Positions 22,572 through 32,000 of a stretch of 32,000 nt of DNA are shown piece after piece. The DNA comes from Wigglesworthia glossinidia endosymbiont of Glossina morsitans morsitans (Yale colony) (GTDB lineage: Bacteria > Pseudomonadota > Gammaproteobacteria > Enterobacterales > Enterobacteriaceae). The DNA is taken from positions 150,001-182,000 of the forward strand of contig NC_016893.1 in assembly GCF_000247565.1 (NCBI RefSeq), read 5' to 3'. The first letter of the stretch is position 1; the number at the start of each line of letters is the position of its first letter. The position numbers were made by a program, and so were the translations under genes. The notes under the pieces were generated by a model. The model made no database searches. It saw nothing but the letters and a program-made list of their open reading frames with translations, and was not told where the DNA came from.

Positions 22572-22913
22572 TTAAGATGTTTTTTTACAAAATGCTGAAA
22601 AAATGTTCATAACAAATATACCCGATATTATCAATAAAATTCCAATAATTTCTATAAAATTTAATTTTTGATTATATAAAAAGTATCCAGATAAAGTAAC
22701 AAATAAAATTCCAAGTCCGGACCATAAAGCATATGCAATCGCGACAGGAATATTTTGTAGAGCTAAAGATAAAAAAAATGAAGATGAAATATATCCTATA
22801 AGCACTAAAATAGAAGGAAAAATTTTTGTAAAGCCATTTGATAATTTTACAAGCGAAGTCGCAAAAACTTCGGAAATAATAGCAAAAAATAAATATAAAT
22901 ATGATAGTTTCAT
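22572..22913 (-). CDS. Small multidrug resistance (SMR/EmrE-family) transporter
   Basis: 113-aa, four hydrophobic segments; LYLFFAIISEVFATSLVKLSNGFTK retains the essential membrane Glu; IPVAIAYALWSGLGI is the SMR signature. Confidence 0.92.
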   Translation of the reverse strand: MKLSYLYLFFAIISEVFATSLVKLSNGFTKIFPSILVLIGYISSSFFLSLALQNIPVAIAYALWSGLGILFVTLSGYFLYNQKLNFIEIIGILLIISGIFVMNIFSAFCKKTS

Positions 22914-23050
22914 AAAGAACTAAAAATAAATTAAATTTATTTATAATTATAGCATAATTTAATCATTTATTAAATGTTCAAAAAATACAATTCAAACATT
23001 AGATTTTATCTGTGCTTAAAATATATTTACAAATTTCGATTAATTTTATT

Positions 23051-23830
23051 TTAAAAAAAATTTTTTTTCAAAAATTTATTAATAACTTTCGAACACAACT
23101 GTGGATGTGAAATAAATGGAGCATGAGATGCATCAGGGATAATGATATCGGCGTTATTTGTACAGTATAACTTTTTAATAGCAGGAATTACTTTTCTCGG
23201 TATAAGTATATCTAAATTACCATAAATTTTTAAAACAGGAATTTTCAGATGTTTCAAAGAACAGCGTATATCTGTATTTTGCAATATTTTTAATCCAGAC
23301 ATTAAAGCTTCAAAAGATGGATCAGGTTGATTAAAAAAATTTTCTTTTAATTTTCGTATATTATTAATCTGCTTTTTTGCACCTAACAATTGAATACTAA
23401 AAAATCGATTCATAGTGTTTTTAAAATTATTTTTTAATTGCAATGCAAAATTTTTTAAAATCTTTATTTTTACTCCAGGCCAATTTTTTTTTTCGCAAAA
23501 ACAAGGAGAAGAAGATATAATAATTAATCCATGAAATTTTTTAGGATATTGAATTGCAATTTTACTTGCTATCAAACCTCCTAAAGACCATCCAATTAAT
23601 ATTGATTTTTTTGGTGCACGATTTGAAATAACCTCTATAATATCTGAAAGTAAATAACAAGAAAAATTCTTATTTTCTCCATATCCTGGAAGATCTATAA
23701 GATGTAATTTAAATTTTTTAAAATAATAAGGAATAGTATTTGACCAGATTTGTGCGTTAAACCCCCATCCATGCAAAAAAATTATATTTTTTTTTCCTGA
23801 TCCTATAGTTTTCCAAAAAAAAGACTGCAT
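23051..23830 (-). CDS. bioH: Pimeloyl-[acyl-carrier protein] methyl ester esterase
   Basis: 259-aa alpha/beta hydrolase; IIFLHGWGFNAQIW, LIGWSLGGLIASKIAIQYP (GWSLGG nucleophile elbow), SSPCFCEKKNWPGVK, ASHAPFISHP match BioH. Confidence 0.95.
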   Translation of the reverse strand: MQSFFWKTIGSGKKNIIFLHGWGFNAQIWSNTIPYYFKKFKLHLIDLPGYGENKNFSCYLLSDIIEVISNRAPKKSILIGWSLGGLIASKIAIQYPKKFHGLIIISSSPCFCEKKNWPGVKIKILKNFALQLKNNFKNTMNRFFSIQLLGAKKQINNIRKLKENFFNQPDPSFEALMSGLKILQNTDIRCSLKHLKIPVLKIYGNLDILIPRKVIPAIKKLYCTNNADIIIPDASHAPFISHPQLCSKVINKFLKKNFF

Positions 23831-24096
23831 GAATTTTTTCCGAATTTTATTAATATATTCACTTTAAGAAATTATATATATTTATATTAAAAATTTTAGA
23901 AAAATATTAATTTAAATGCAACATTTAATTGTATCAAGATAATTTTTAATGCATATACAGTTAAAATGATACAACATAAATAATTTTTTTATTTATTCCA
24001 TATTATTTGTAGTTTTATACAGATTATTTATTGATAAAATAAGATATAAATTTTATCATATCGTTTTTTTAATATTTTATTGATTTTAGGAAAAAT

Positions 24097-25011
24097 ATGA
24101 AGAAATATAATTTTCAGTTAATTTTATCTTTTTTTTCTGATTTACAAAACAAAATTTGTGATACTTTTTCAAAAGTAGACAATCATTCTATCTTTAAAGA
24201 AGATAAATGGAAAACAATGCGCGGTCAAGGTCGTACTAGAGTTTTAAAAAATGGAAAAATATTTGAACAAGCTAGCGTAAATATTTCAAACATTTCTGGA
24301 AATTCACTACCACACGCATCTACAAATAAAAATAAAAATTTTTTAAATCGTTTTTATAAGGCTACTGGAATTTCAGTAGTAGTACATCCTAAAAATCCTT
24401 ATATTCCCACTAGTCATTTAAATATCCGTTTTTTTTCAGTTAAAAGTGCTAAAAATATTTCAACATGGTGGTTTGGAGGAGGATTCGATTTGACTCCATA
24501 TTACGGATTTACAGAAGATGCAATACATTGGCATCGTACTGCTGAAAAAATTTGTCGTCCTTTTGGAAAAGATTTATATGAAAAGTATAAAAAGTGGTGC
24601 GATGAATATTTTTTTATTAAACACCGTAATGAACCTAGAGGCATTGGAGGTTTATTTTTTGATGATCTAAATACACCAGATTTTAACCAAGTTTTTTGCT
24701 TTATTCAAGCAATAGGTAATGGTTATATAGAAGCTTATTTGCCAATAGTGAATTTGAGAAAATCTTATACGTGGAAGCAACGAGAACGTGATTTTCAATT
24801 ATATCGACGTAGCAGATATGTAGAATTCAACTTATTATTAGACAGAGGTACTTTATTCGGTATTCAATCAAAAGGTAGAATCGAATCTATATTATCTTCG
24901 ATGCCTCCATTAGTAAAATGGAAATATGACTGGAAGCCTCATCCAAAAAGTCGTGAAAATAAATTATATACTGATTTTTTAACTGCTAAAAATTGGTTGA
25001 ATAAAAACTAA
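24097..25011 (+). CDS. hemF: Oxygen-dependent coproporphyrinogen III oxidase
   Basis: 304-aa ORF; [83 protein letters not shown]. Confidence 0.98.
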   Translation: MKKYNFQLILSFFSDLQNKICDTFSKVDNHSIFKEDKWKTMRGQGRTRVLKNGKIFEQASVNISNISGNSLPHASTNKNKNFLNRFYKATGISVVVHPKNPYIPTSHLNIRFFSVKSAKNISTWWFGGGFDLTPYYGFTEDAIHWHRTAEKICRPFGKDLYEKYKKWCDEYFFIKHRNEPRGIGGLFFDDLNTPDFNQVFCFIQAIGNGYIEAYLPIVNLRKSYTWKQRERDFQLYRRSRYVEFNLLLDRGTLFGIQSKGRIESILSSMPPLVKWKYDWKPHPKSRENKLYTDFLTAKNWLNKN

Positions 25012-25134
25012 TATAAATTATTTATAATTAATATATAATAGTTTTTCATATATTTATATATAAATACTTTTATAAAAAACTTTTACATTTTAAATTTCTA
25101 TATATTTTAGAAATTTTCTATTAATGGAAAATAT

Positions 25135-26085
25135 ATGAATCAATTAAATAATATTAAAAAATTTACGAATGTCGTAATGGATACCGGTAATCTTGAATTA
25201 ATTAAGAAATATTTACCAAAAGATGTCACTACAAATCCATCTTTAGTATACAAAGAAATGACTTCATATATTTATCAAGAATTTATTGCAGATGCAGTAT
25301 CTTATGCAAACAAACAAGGTGGCGATAAAAAAACACGTTTACAAAATGCCAATGATAAATTATATGTAAACGTATCAAAAGAAATTTTAAAATTAATTTC
25401 TGGACGTGTTTCTATCGAGATAGATATTCGATTATCTTTTGATTATTTAGCTTTAATTGAAAGAGCTAAAAAAATAATATTTTTATGTAATCAGTATGGA
25501 ATAGAAAAAAATCGCGTATTAATTAAATTGGCAGCTACATGGGAAGGTATTAAAGCAGCAGAAATATTAGAAAAATCTGGAATAAACTGTAATTTAACAT
25601 TGATTTTTTCACTTATACAAGCTAGAGCATGTGCAGAAGCACAAGTACATTTAATATCTCCATTTATAGGTAGAGTATGTGATTGGTATTTTAAAAATAA
25701 AAAAATGCAGCATAAATCCCTACTATATTTAGATCCAGGCATTAAATTAGCTTACAAAATTTATAATTTTTATAAACAAAGAAATTATAACACTATTATT
25801 ATGGGAGCAAGCTTTAGAAATTTAAAACAAATTTACGCATTAATTGGATATGATGCGATTACTGTTGCTCCAATTTTTTTTGAACAATTAAGTTGTATGC
25901 AAAAATCTAATACTATATTACCTCATATATTACCTAGTTTAAATAAATTCAAAAAACTATCTGAATCTAAATTTCGTTGGCAATATAACTATAATGCGAT
26001 GGCTATAGAAAAATTATCGGAAGGAATTCGATTATTTTTTAATGATCAAAAAAAAATAGATAATATTTTTTTAAAATACTTGTAA
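25135..26085 (+). CDS. talA: Transaldolase
   Basis: 316-aa ORF; [70 protein letters not shown]; adjacent to tkt as talA is to tktB in E. coli. Confidence 0.95.
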   Translation: MNQLNNIKKFTNVVMDTGNLELIKKYLPKDVTTNPSLVYKEMTSYIYQEFIADAVSYANKQGGDKKTRLQNANDKLYVNVSKEILKLISGRVSIEIDIRLSFDYLALIERAKKIIFLCNQYGIEKNRVLIKLAATWEGIKAAEILEKSGINCNLTLIFSLIQARACAEAQVHLISPFIGRVCDWYFKNKKMQHKSLLYLDPGIKLAYKIYNFYKQRNYNTIIMGASFRNLKQIYALIGYDAITVAPIFFEQLSCMQKSNTILPHILPSLNKFKKLSESKFRWQYNYNAMAIEKLSEGIRLFFNDQKKIDNIFLKYL

Positions 26086-26093
26086 GGTTAAAA

Positions 26094-28100
26094 ATGAAAA
26101 TTTCTAAAAAGATTTTAGCAAACGCCATTCGCGTATTAAGTATGGACATGGTGCAATTTGCAAATTCTGGACATCCTGGAGCTCCAATGGGAATGGCTGA
26201 TATTGCAGAAGTTTTGTGGCGTAATCATCTGAAACATAATCCTAGAAACCCTAAATGGATCAACCGAGATCGTTTTGTTTTATCTAATGGTCATGCATCA
26301 GCTTTAATATATAGTGTTTTACATCTTTTAGGATACAACATATCTATAGAAGATTTAAAAAAATTTCGAAAAATACACTCAAAAACTCCAGGTCATCCTG
26401 AATTTAAAATCACAGATGGTATTGAGATAACTACTGGACCGTTAGGCCAAGGTATAGCTAGCGCTGTTGGTTTAGCAATAAGCGAAAAAATTTTATCTGC
26501 ACAATTTAATCGTCCAAGATTTAATATTATTGATCATTATACATATGTATTTCTTGGAGATGGTTGTATGATGGAAGGTATTTCACATGAAGCCTGCTCT
26601 ATAGCAGGAAATATGAAATTAGGAAAATTAATAGCATTTTATGATAATAACGGAATTTCAATAGACGGAGAAATAAAAGATTGGTTTAATGATGATACAG
26701 CAAGTAGATTTGAATCGTATGGATGGCATGTAATACATAATGTTGATGGACATGACTGCAAAAATATTCATACAGCAATTAAAAACGCTCTTAATGAAAC
26801 TAATAAACCTTCTTTATTAATTTGTAATACAATTATTGCTTTTGGTTCGCCAAATAAATCTGGCAGTCATTTGTCTCATGGCGCACCTTTAGGTGAAATG
26901 GAAATATCACAAACAAGAAAAAAATTAAAATGGAATTATGCTCCTTTTATTATACCAAGCGAAATTTACAAAGCTTGGAATACAGTTGATTTAGGAAAAA
27001 ATTATGAATTAAAATGGAATAAAATATTTTATGAATATACACATAAATACCCTAAACTAAGTCAAGAGCTTATCAGAAGATTAAAATTTAAGTTGCCTGT
27101 ATGCTGGAAAAAACAAATTAAAAAAATAATAACTAATACGCAAAAAGAAAACAATCACATTTCTACCAGACAAGCTTCTAAAAATATTTTAGAAAAAATT
27201 AATTATATGTTACCTGAACTTATTGGAGGATCAGCTGACTTAACTCCAAGTACACTAACAAAACTATCATGTTCTATTTCAATTCAATCGAATATCTCAG
27301 GAAATTATATTCATTATGGTGCAAGAGAATTTGGAATGACTGCTATTGCTAATGGAATAGCAATTTATGGAGGATTTCTTCCATATACTGCAACATTTTT
27401 AGTATTTATGGAATATGCTATTAATGCAGTACGTATGGCTTCATTGATGCAAGCTAAACATATTATGTTATATACACATGATTCTATTGGATTGGGTGAA
27501 GATGGACCAACACATCAACCTATAGAACAGTTAAGTGCTTTACGTATTATTCCAAATTTAAGTGTTTGGCGTCCATGTGATCAAGTAGAAACTGCAGTAG
27601 CGTGGAAAAATGCAATAGAGCGATGTGGTCCCACAGTTATTGTATTGACTCGTCAAAATGTAATAAAACAAGATCGTAACGTAAGTGCATTAAATAACAT
27701 TTCAAAAGGAGGTTATATTTTACGAGAATCTAAACAAAAACCTGAATTAATTTTAATATCTACTGGATCTGAAATTGAAATAACTGTACGTGCATACAAA
27801 ATACTTTCAAATAATGGATATCAAATACGTGTAGTATCATTACCATGCATAGATTTATTTGAATCTCAAAGTAAAATTTATAAGGAGTTAGTTTTACCAA
27901 AAAATGTACAATTAAGAATTGCTATAGAAGCAGGAGTGTCTCATTTCTGGTATAAATATGTTGGATTATCCGGAAAAATAATTGGGATAGATGAATTTGG
28001 AAGATCCGGGTCAGGAAAAGATGTATTTAATTTTTTCAAAATTAATGTTGATACTATTGTGCACCAATCAAAAATACTCATAAAAAAAAGTCGTAAATAA
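26094..28100 (+). CDS. tkt: Transketolase
   Basis: 668-aa ORF; [75 protein letters not shown]. tktA versus tktB not resolved. Confidence 0.98.
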   Translation: MKISKKILANAIRVLSMDMVQFANSGHPGAPMGMADIAEVLWRNHLKHNPRNPKWINRDRFVLSNGHASALIYSVLHLLGYNISIEDLKKFRKIHSKTPGHPEFKITDGIEITTGPLGQGIASAVGLAISEKILSAQFNRPRFNIIDHYTYVFLGDGCMMEGISHEACSIAGNMKLGKLIAFYDNNGISIDGEIKDWFNDDTASRFESYGWHVIHNVDGHDCKNIHTAIKNALNETNKPSLLICNTIIAFGSPNKSGSHLSHGAPLGEMEISQTRKKLKWNYAPFIIPSEIYKAWNTVDLGKNYELKWNKIFYEYTHKYPKLSQELIRRLKFKLPVCWKKQIKKIITNTQKENNHISTRQASKNILEKINYMLPELIGGSADLTPSTLTKLSCSISIQSNISGNYIHYGAREFGMTAIANGIAIYGGFLPYTATFLVFMEYAINAVRMASLMQAKHIMLYTHDSIGLGEDGPTHQPIEQLSALRIIPNLSVWRPCDQVETAVAWKNAIERCGPTVIVLTRQNVIKQDRNVSALNNISKGGYILRESKQKPELILISTGSEIEITVRAYKILSNNGYQIRVVSLPCIDLFESQSKIYKELVLPKNVQLRIAIEAGVSHFWYKYVGLSGKIIGIDEFGRSGSGKDVFNFFKINVDTIVHQSKILIKKSRK

Positions 28101-28102
28101 GT

Positions 28103-29098
28103 TTAAGAATGTAATCCTATTGCATTTTTAACTTTCGAAAGAGTATTGTTTGCTATTTTTTTAGCTTTTTCAGAACCAGATTGTAATATTTCTATTAAAT
28201 ACTTTTCTTTGGATCTTATAGAAAAATATTTTTTTTGTATTTTTTTGATATGTTCTAGAACTGTATGAATAACTTCTAATTTTAAATCTCGATATAATTT
28301 ATTTGAAAAGTATGTTTCTAACTCTATTATATTTTTTCCAGTCAGTTCAGATAAAATGCATAGCAAATTAGAAATCCCAGGTTTTTTAATTACATCATAT
28401 TTAATAACTGGAGGTTGATCTGAATCTGTTTGAGCATTTTTTATTTTTCTTATTATAGATTCTTCTGAATCAAGTAAACTAATAAAATTATTTTTATTTT
28501 TATCTGATTTAGACATTTTTTTTTTCGGATTAGATAATGCCATAATCCGAGATCCTGATTGCGTAATAATTAATTCTGGAACGTTAAAAATATTGCTATT
28601 GTATATTTTATTAAAACGCTTTGCAATTAATTTGCTAAGCTCTATATGTTGTGCTTGATCTAAGCCTGCTGGAACTTTATGGGTTTGATATAATAGAATA
28701 TCACTGGCCATTAATATTGGGTAAGAAAACAATCCTATATTTATATTTTTATTATTTTTAGATTTTTCTTTAAATTGAACCATTCTTTTTAATTCTCCAA
28801 AATATGTATAACAACTTAGCATCCAAGATAATTGTGTGTGCTCCGGACGATGTGATTGCATAAATATTGTGCTAATTTTTGGATCAATATCACATGACAA
28901 ATAAATAGACAAAAGATCTAAAGAATTTTTTAATAATAATTTTGGATTTTGTCTTTTTGTAATAGCATGTAAATCAGCAATACAATATATGCTATTATAA
29001 TTCTTTTGAAAAGCATTCCAGCTTCTTATTGTACCGATGTAATTTCCTAAAGTTGGAATTCCAGAAGGTTGTGCAGCACTAAATATATTGAGTTTCAC
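28103..29098 (-). CDS. trpS: Tryptophanyl-tRNA synthetase
   Basis: FSAAQPSGIPTLGNYIG N-terminus, KMSKSD motif. The ORF track starts at 29149, but the GTG at 29098..29096 is preceded by AAAGGTGAGTAT (good Shine-Dalgarno) and gives the normal TrpS start VKLNIFSAAQPSG without overlapping rpe. Confidence 0.95.
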   Translation of the reverse strand: MKLNIFSAAQPSGIPTLGNYIGTIRSWNAFQKNYNSIYCIADLHAITKRQNPKLLLKNSLDLLSIYLSCDIDPKISTIFMQSHRPEHTQLSWMLSCYTYFGELKRMVQFKEKSKNNKNINIGLFSYPILMASDILLYQTHKVPAGLDQAQHIELSKLIAKRFNKIYNSNIFNVPELIITQSGSRIMALSNPKKKMSKSDKNKNNFISLLDSEESIIRKIKNAQTDSDQPPVIKYDVIKKPGISNLLCILSELTGKNIIELETYFSNKLYRDLKLEVIHTVLEHIKKIQKKYFSIRSKEKYLIEILQSGSEKAKKIANNTLSKVKNAIGLHS

Positions 29099-29111
29099 AT
29101 ACTCACCTTTA

Positions 29112-29828
29112 TTAATTTTTATTTTTTGATAAAATATCAGATTTGGCACGTATTATTTTCAATTGCATTTCTTTTATTGTTTCAAAATAATGATTTTGAT
29201 GAAATATTGCAGATCCTATCACAAATATATCTGCTCCGGAATATGCTATTTTATAAATATTGTTTGCATTAATACCGCCATCTACAGAAATCAAGATCTT
29301 ATATCCGCTATTATTAATTAATTTTCGTATTTTTCGGATTCTATTTATTGCTTTTATTTGAAATTTTTGACCAAAAAATCCTGGATTAACGGACATAATT
29401 AGGACTGTATCAAGATTTTTTAAAATGTAATTATTTTCAAGATATTTCAAAGATGTAGATAAGCTAAATGCTAAACCTGTTTTACAATTATTTTCTTTGA
29501 TCTTATTCAAGATATGTTCTATTTTATTTGTAGATTCAGGATGAAAAATTATACAATTAGATTTTTCTTTAATAAAAGAACAAACTAATTTATCGATAGG
29601 TTTTGCCATTAAATGTATATCGATAGGAATTTCAAATCCGCTTTTACGTAAAGATCTCAATACAATTGGTCCTATACTAAGATTAGGAACATAATGATTA
29701 TCCATAACGTCAAAATGAATACTTTTTGCTCCTGCAGAAATTACTTGTTGTATTTCTTTGCCAAGTATTGTGAAATTTGCAGCTAAAATAGATGGAGAAA
29801 TGTAATATTTGTGTTCTATCTTCGACAT
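29112..29828 (-). CDS. rpe: Ribulose-phosphate 3-epimerase
   Basis: 238-aa ORF; ISPSILAANFTILGKEI, IHFDVMDNHYVPNLSIGPIV, VLIMSVNPGFFGQKF, ISVDGGINANN, DIFVIGSAIF. Confidence 0.97.
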   Translation of the reverse strand: MSKIEHKYYISPSILAANFTILGKEIQQVISAGAKSIHFDVMDNHYVPNLSIGPIVLRSLRKSGFEIPIDIHLMAKPIDKLVCSFIKEKSNCIIFHPESTNKIEHILNKIKENNCKTGLAFSLSTSLKYLENNYILKNLDTVLIMSVNPGFFGQKFQIKAINRIRKIRKLINNSGYKILISVDGGINANNIYKIAYSGADIFVIGSAIFHQNHYFETIKEMQLKIIRAKSDILSKNKN

Positions 29829-29962
29829 ATAAAATTTGATAAATATTATTTGTAATAAAACGTGTTCTTATTTTTTGAAATGAAATATATATTAAAAATA
29901 TTAAATTAAATTTCGATATAAAGTAAATAATTAAATAATAAGTTCTTTAAAAAAATCTAATT

Positions 29963-30787
29963 TCATTGTTTTATTTGCTTAATTTTGCGTATCCATGGTT
30001 TGTTGATTTTCAAATTTTCCGGTAATTTCTTAATAACATTTTGAGCTTCTTCTAATGAAGAATATGTGCCTGAAACTAACAAATACTGATATTTACTATT
30101 TTTAGAAATTTTATGAATCCAATAAGGATTTAGTTTATTATTTTTTGCATAATTTTTTATTGCTTGCAAATTAGATGAGCTACTAAATTGTATTGTATAG
30201 TAATTATCCGGAGTTGTTTGTAAAAAATTTTTTTCAGAAGTATTTTTCTTCAAATCATTTATGTGTAATGACGAGCTGTGACTGATTTTATTTAAATTAG
30301 AATCATGAGGGGCAACTATATTTTGTTGAGAATTTAATTTTTTATTAATTTCATCTGTACTATGGTGCGTTTTATTATTACTTGATATTACAGATTTTTT
30401 ATGATTTGATATTGCAAGATTGCTATCATGCGAATTTTTATGATTCGTTTCTTTTAATTCTTCTTGAACGTCAGAATAAAGCTTATTTTCTTTGTTATTA
30501 GAAAATAAATCATCATCTTTTTTAAGATCATTTATGTTTTCTTTATTTTCTTTATTTTTCTGTTCGATAATCATAATTTCTTGGGTGACATCTGATTTTT
30601 TAGATAGACGTTTTAAAATTATTCCCATAATTACTATTAATGATATAGAAATAATACTAGCGATAATCATAAATTTATTTTTATTTAGTAATTTTTTATT
30701 GTCTGCATAATTTTTACGTGAAATATAGGAAGTTCGATTATTTTGGTTATTTGATTTTAATGTAGTATCAGTAATTTTATGATTCAT
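29963..30787 (-). CDS. damX: DamX-like cell-division protein with C-terminal SPOR domain
   Basis: One TM segment (FMIIASIISISLIVIMGIIL), Lys/Asn/Ser-rich linker, C-terminal YYTIQFSSSSNLQAIKNYAKNNKLN..YLLVSGTYSSLEEAQNVIKKLP matching the DamX SPOR domain; flanked by aroB as in E. coli. Track start at 30808 uses TTG; ATG at 30787 is an alternative. Confidence 0.9.
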   Translation of the reverse strand: MNHKITDTTLKSNNQNNRTSYISRKNYADNKKLLNKNKFMIIASIISISLIVIMGIILKRLSKKSDVTQEIMIIEQKNKENKENINDLKKDDDLFSNNKENKLYSDVQEELKETNHKNSHDSNLAISNHKKSVISSNNKTHHSTDEINKKLNSQQNIVAPHDSNLNKISHSSSLHINDLKKNTSEKNFLQTTPDNYYTIQFSSSSNLQAIKNYAKNNKLNPYWIHKISKNSKYQYLLVSGTYSSLEEAQNVIKKLPENLKINKPWIRKIKQIKQ

Positions 30788-30836
30788 ATTATCATTGCCT
30801 ATTATCAAAAATTATTAATATTATTTAGATTTAATC

Positions 30837-31934
30837 TTAATTTTGAATATGACATTGTTGTATGGCAGATCGAATAAATGATGTTTCTATATTTTTTTTA
30901 ATTGTTGATTTTCCTATTGACCGTATTATAATTTCTGTAAATCCAGAATCTATATCATTTTGTTTTTTATCATATTTTATTAAATTAATATAGTCTTCGG
31001 GAGACATATTTTTTGGTCCATGAATTGGCAATTTTGCTTTAATTAAAATGTTTTGAATTCTTTTAATAGTAAAATTGTCAATATTTGAAAAATATTTAGA
31101 TAAATATATAGATATCATCATTCCTGCTGAAATCGCTTGACCGTGCGACCAGTTCCCATATCCAACAAAGTTCTCAATAGCATGCCCATATGTATGACCA
31201 AAATTCAATATCATTCGCGTTTTTAGGTCATATATATCTTTTGATATTATTTCAGATTTTAATTTACAACATTTATATATACAGTTTTGTAATGTTTTTG
31301 TCTCTAAATTAATTATTTTTTTTATATTTTTTTCTAACCAATAAAAAAATTTTAGATTTAATGTAATTCCATATTTAATAACTTCTGATAATCCTGAAAA
31401 AATTTCTTTTTTTGGTAGTGTATATAAAAATGTAGGATCAATTCCGACAGCTATCGGATGATAAAATGATCCGATCATGTTTTTACCAAATAAATGATTA
31501 ATTCCTGTTTTTCCTCCTATAGAAGAATCTACTTGAGACAATAAAGTTGTTGGAATTTGTATTATTGGAATACCTCTTTGGTAAATAGAGGCAACAAATC
31601 CTGACAAATCTCCAATTACACCGCCTCCTATTGCAATAAGAATTGTATTTCTATTACATTGGTGTTTTAATAGAATGGATATAATTTTTTTTACAGTATT
31701 AAATGATTTTTTATGTTCTCCAGATGAAAGAATTATATGTTGATATTTAAAACATAATTTTAAAAAAAAAGATTTTATTTTTTTTAAATATAATCGTGCT
31801 ATGTTAGTATCCGTTATCACTACAATATTACGAGTATATATCAAAGGGTAAAAAAAAGATTTTTTTTTGAATAAGTTTTTACTAATTACGATAGAATAAT
31901 TATTTCTTTGAGACAGAATACTTATTTTTTTCAT
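30837..31934 (-). CDS. aroB: 3-dehydroquinate synthase
   Basis: 365-aa ORF; AIGGGVIGDLSGFVASIYQRGIPIIQIPTTLLSQVDSSIGGKTGINH, KNMIGSFYHP, LSEVIKYGI, LNFGHTYGHAIE. Confidence 0.98.
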   Translation of the reverse strand: MKKISILSQRNNYSIVISKNLFKKKSFFYPLIYTRNIVVITDTNIARLYLKKIKSFFLKLCFKYQHIILSSGEHKKSFNTVKKIISILLKHQCNRNTILIAIGGGVIGDLSGFVASIYQRGIPIIQIPTTLLSQVDSSIGGKTGINHLFGKNMIGSFYHPIAVGIDPTFLYTLPKKEIFSGLSEVIKYGITLNLKFFYWLEKNIKKIINLETKTLQNCIYKCCKLKSEIISKDIYDLKTRMILNFGHTYGHAIENFVGYGNWSHGQAISAGMMISIYLSKYFSNIDNFTIKRIQNILIKAKLPIHGPKNMSPEDYINLIKYDKKQNDIDSGFTEIIIRSIGKSTIKKNIETSFIRSAIQQCHIQN

Positions 31935-32000
31935 TTTTTATAAATTATTATTAATTATTAAATAATGTATTAATAATGTTATTTACCACAATTTTTGCGC

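Noticed and set aside
23831-24096. Possible small RNA or gene in the bioH-hemF gap
   Set aside because: Only low-complexity AT sequence, no ORF, stable GC-bearing stem or recognisable RNA.
25491-25742. 83-aa minus-strand ORF
   Set aside because: Antisense to talA.
29096-29149. Apparent overlap of trpS and rpe
   Set aside because: Caused by the ORF track choosing the farthest start. The GTG at 29098 has a good Shine-Dalgarno and the proper TrpS N-terminus, which removes the overlap.
29069-29272. 67-aa plus-strand ORF
   Set aside because: Antisense across the trpS/rpe junction; low-complexity hydrophobic translation.
30492-30710. 72-aa plus-strand ORF
   Set aside because: Antisense to the TM and linker region of damX.

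Overview
Ordinary-looking but very informative chromosome segment of a reduced, AT-rich Enterobacterales-type genome, most like an insect endosymbiont of the Blochmannia/Buchnera grade (inferred from gene content, homopolymer-rich coding and lost operon partners; not proven). I recognise: aroQ (partial, left edge, missing from the ORF track), mreB-mreC-mreD, pgi, proS, a stand-alone tRNA-Ile/tRNA-Ala pair, mrcB, sodA, glyS, glyQ, an AI-2E-family permease, thrA, pyrI, glnA, ydjM, asnB, a tRNA-Met/Leu/Gln cluster, an SMR transporter, bioH, hemF, talA, tkt, trpS, rpe, damX and aroB. There is no CRISPR array, mobile element, phage, toxin or defence locus, and I see no new multi-gene system. The strongest anomaly is ThrA: an uninterrupted 818-codon bifunctional aspartokinase/homoserine dehydrogenase in which several catalytic and cofactor-binding motifs of the homoserine dehydrogenase half are replaced, two conserved aspartokinase active-site positions also differ, and thrB/thrC are absent alongside it. 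Other points: a ribosomal-spacer tRNA-Ile/Ala pair with no rRNA and its own candidate promoter, pyrI without pyrB, an elongator tRNA-Met with two weakened pairs, an eroded ProS insertion domain with poly(A) tracts, loss of dam and gph between damX and trpS, and retention of ydjM. All comparisons to E. coli proteins are from memory, without a database search.
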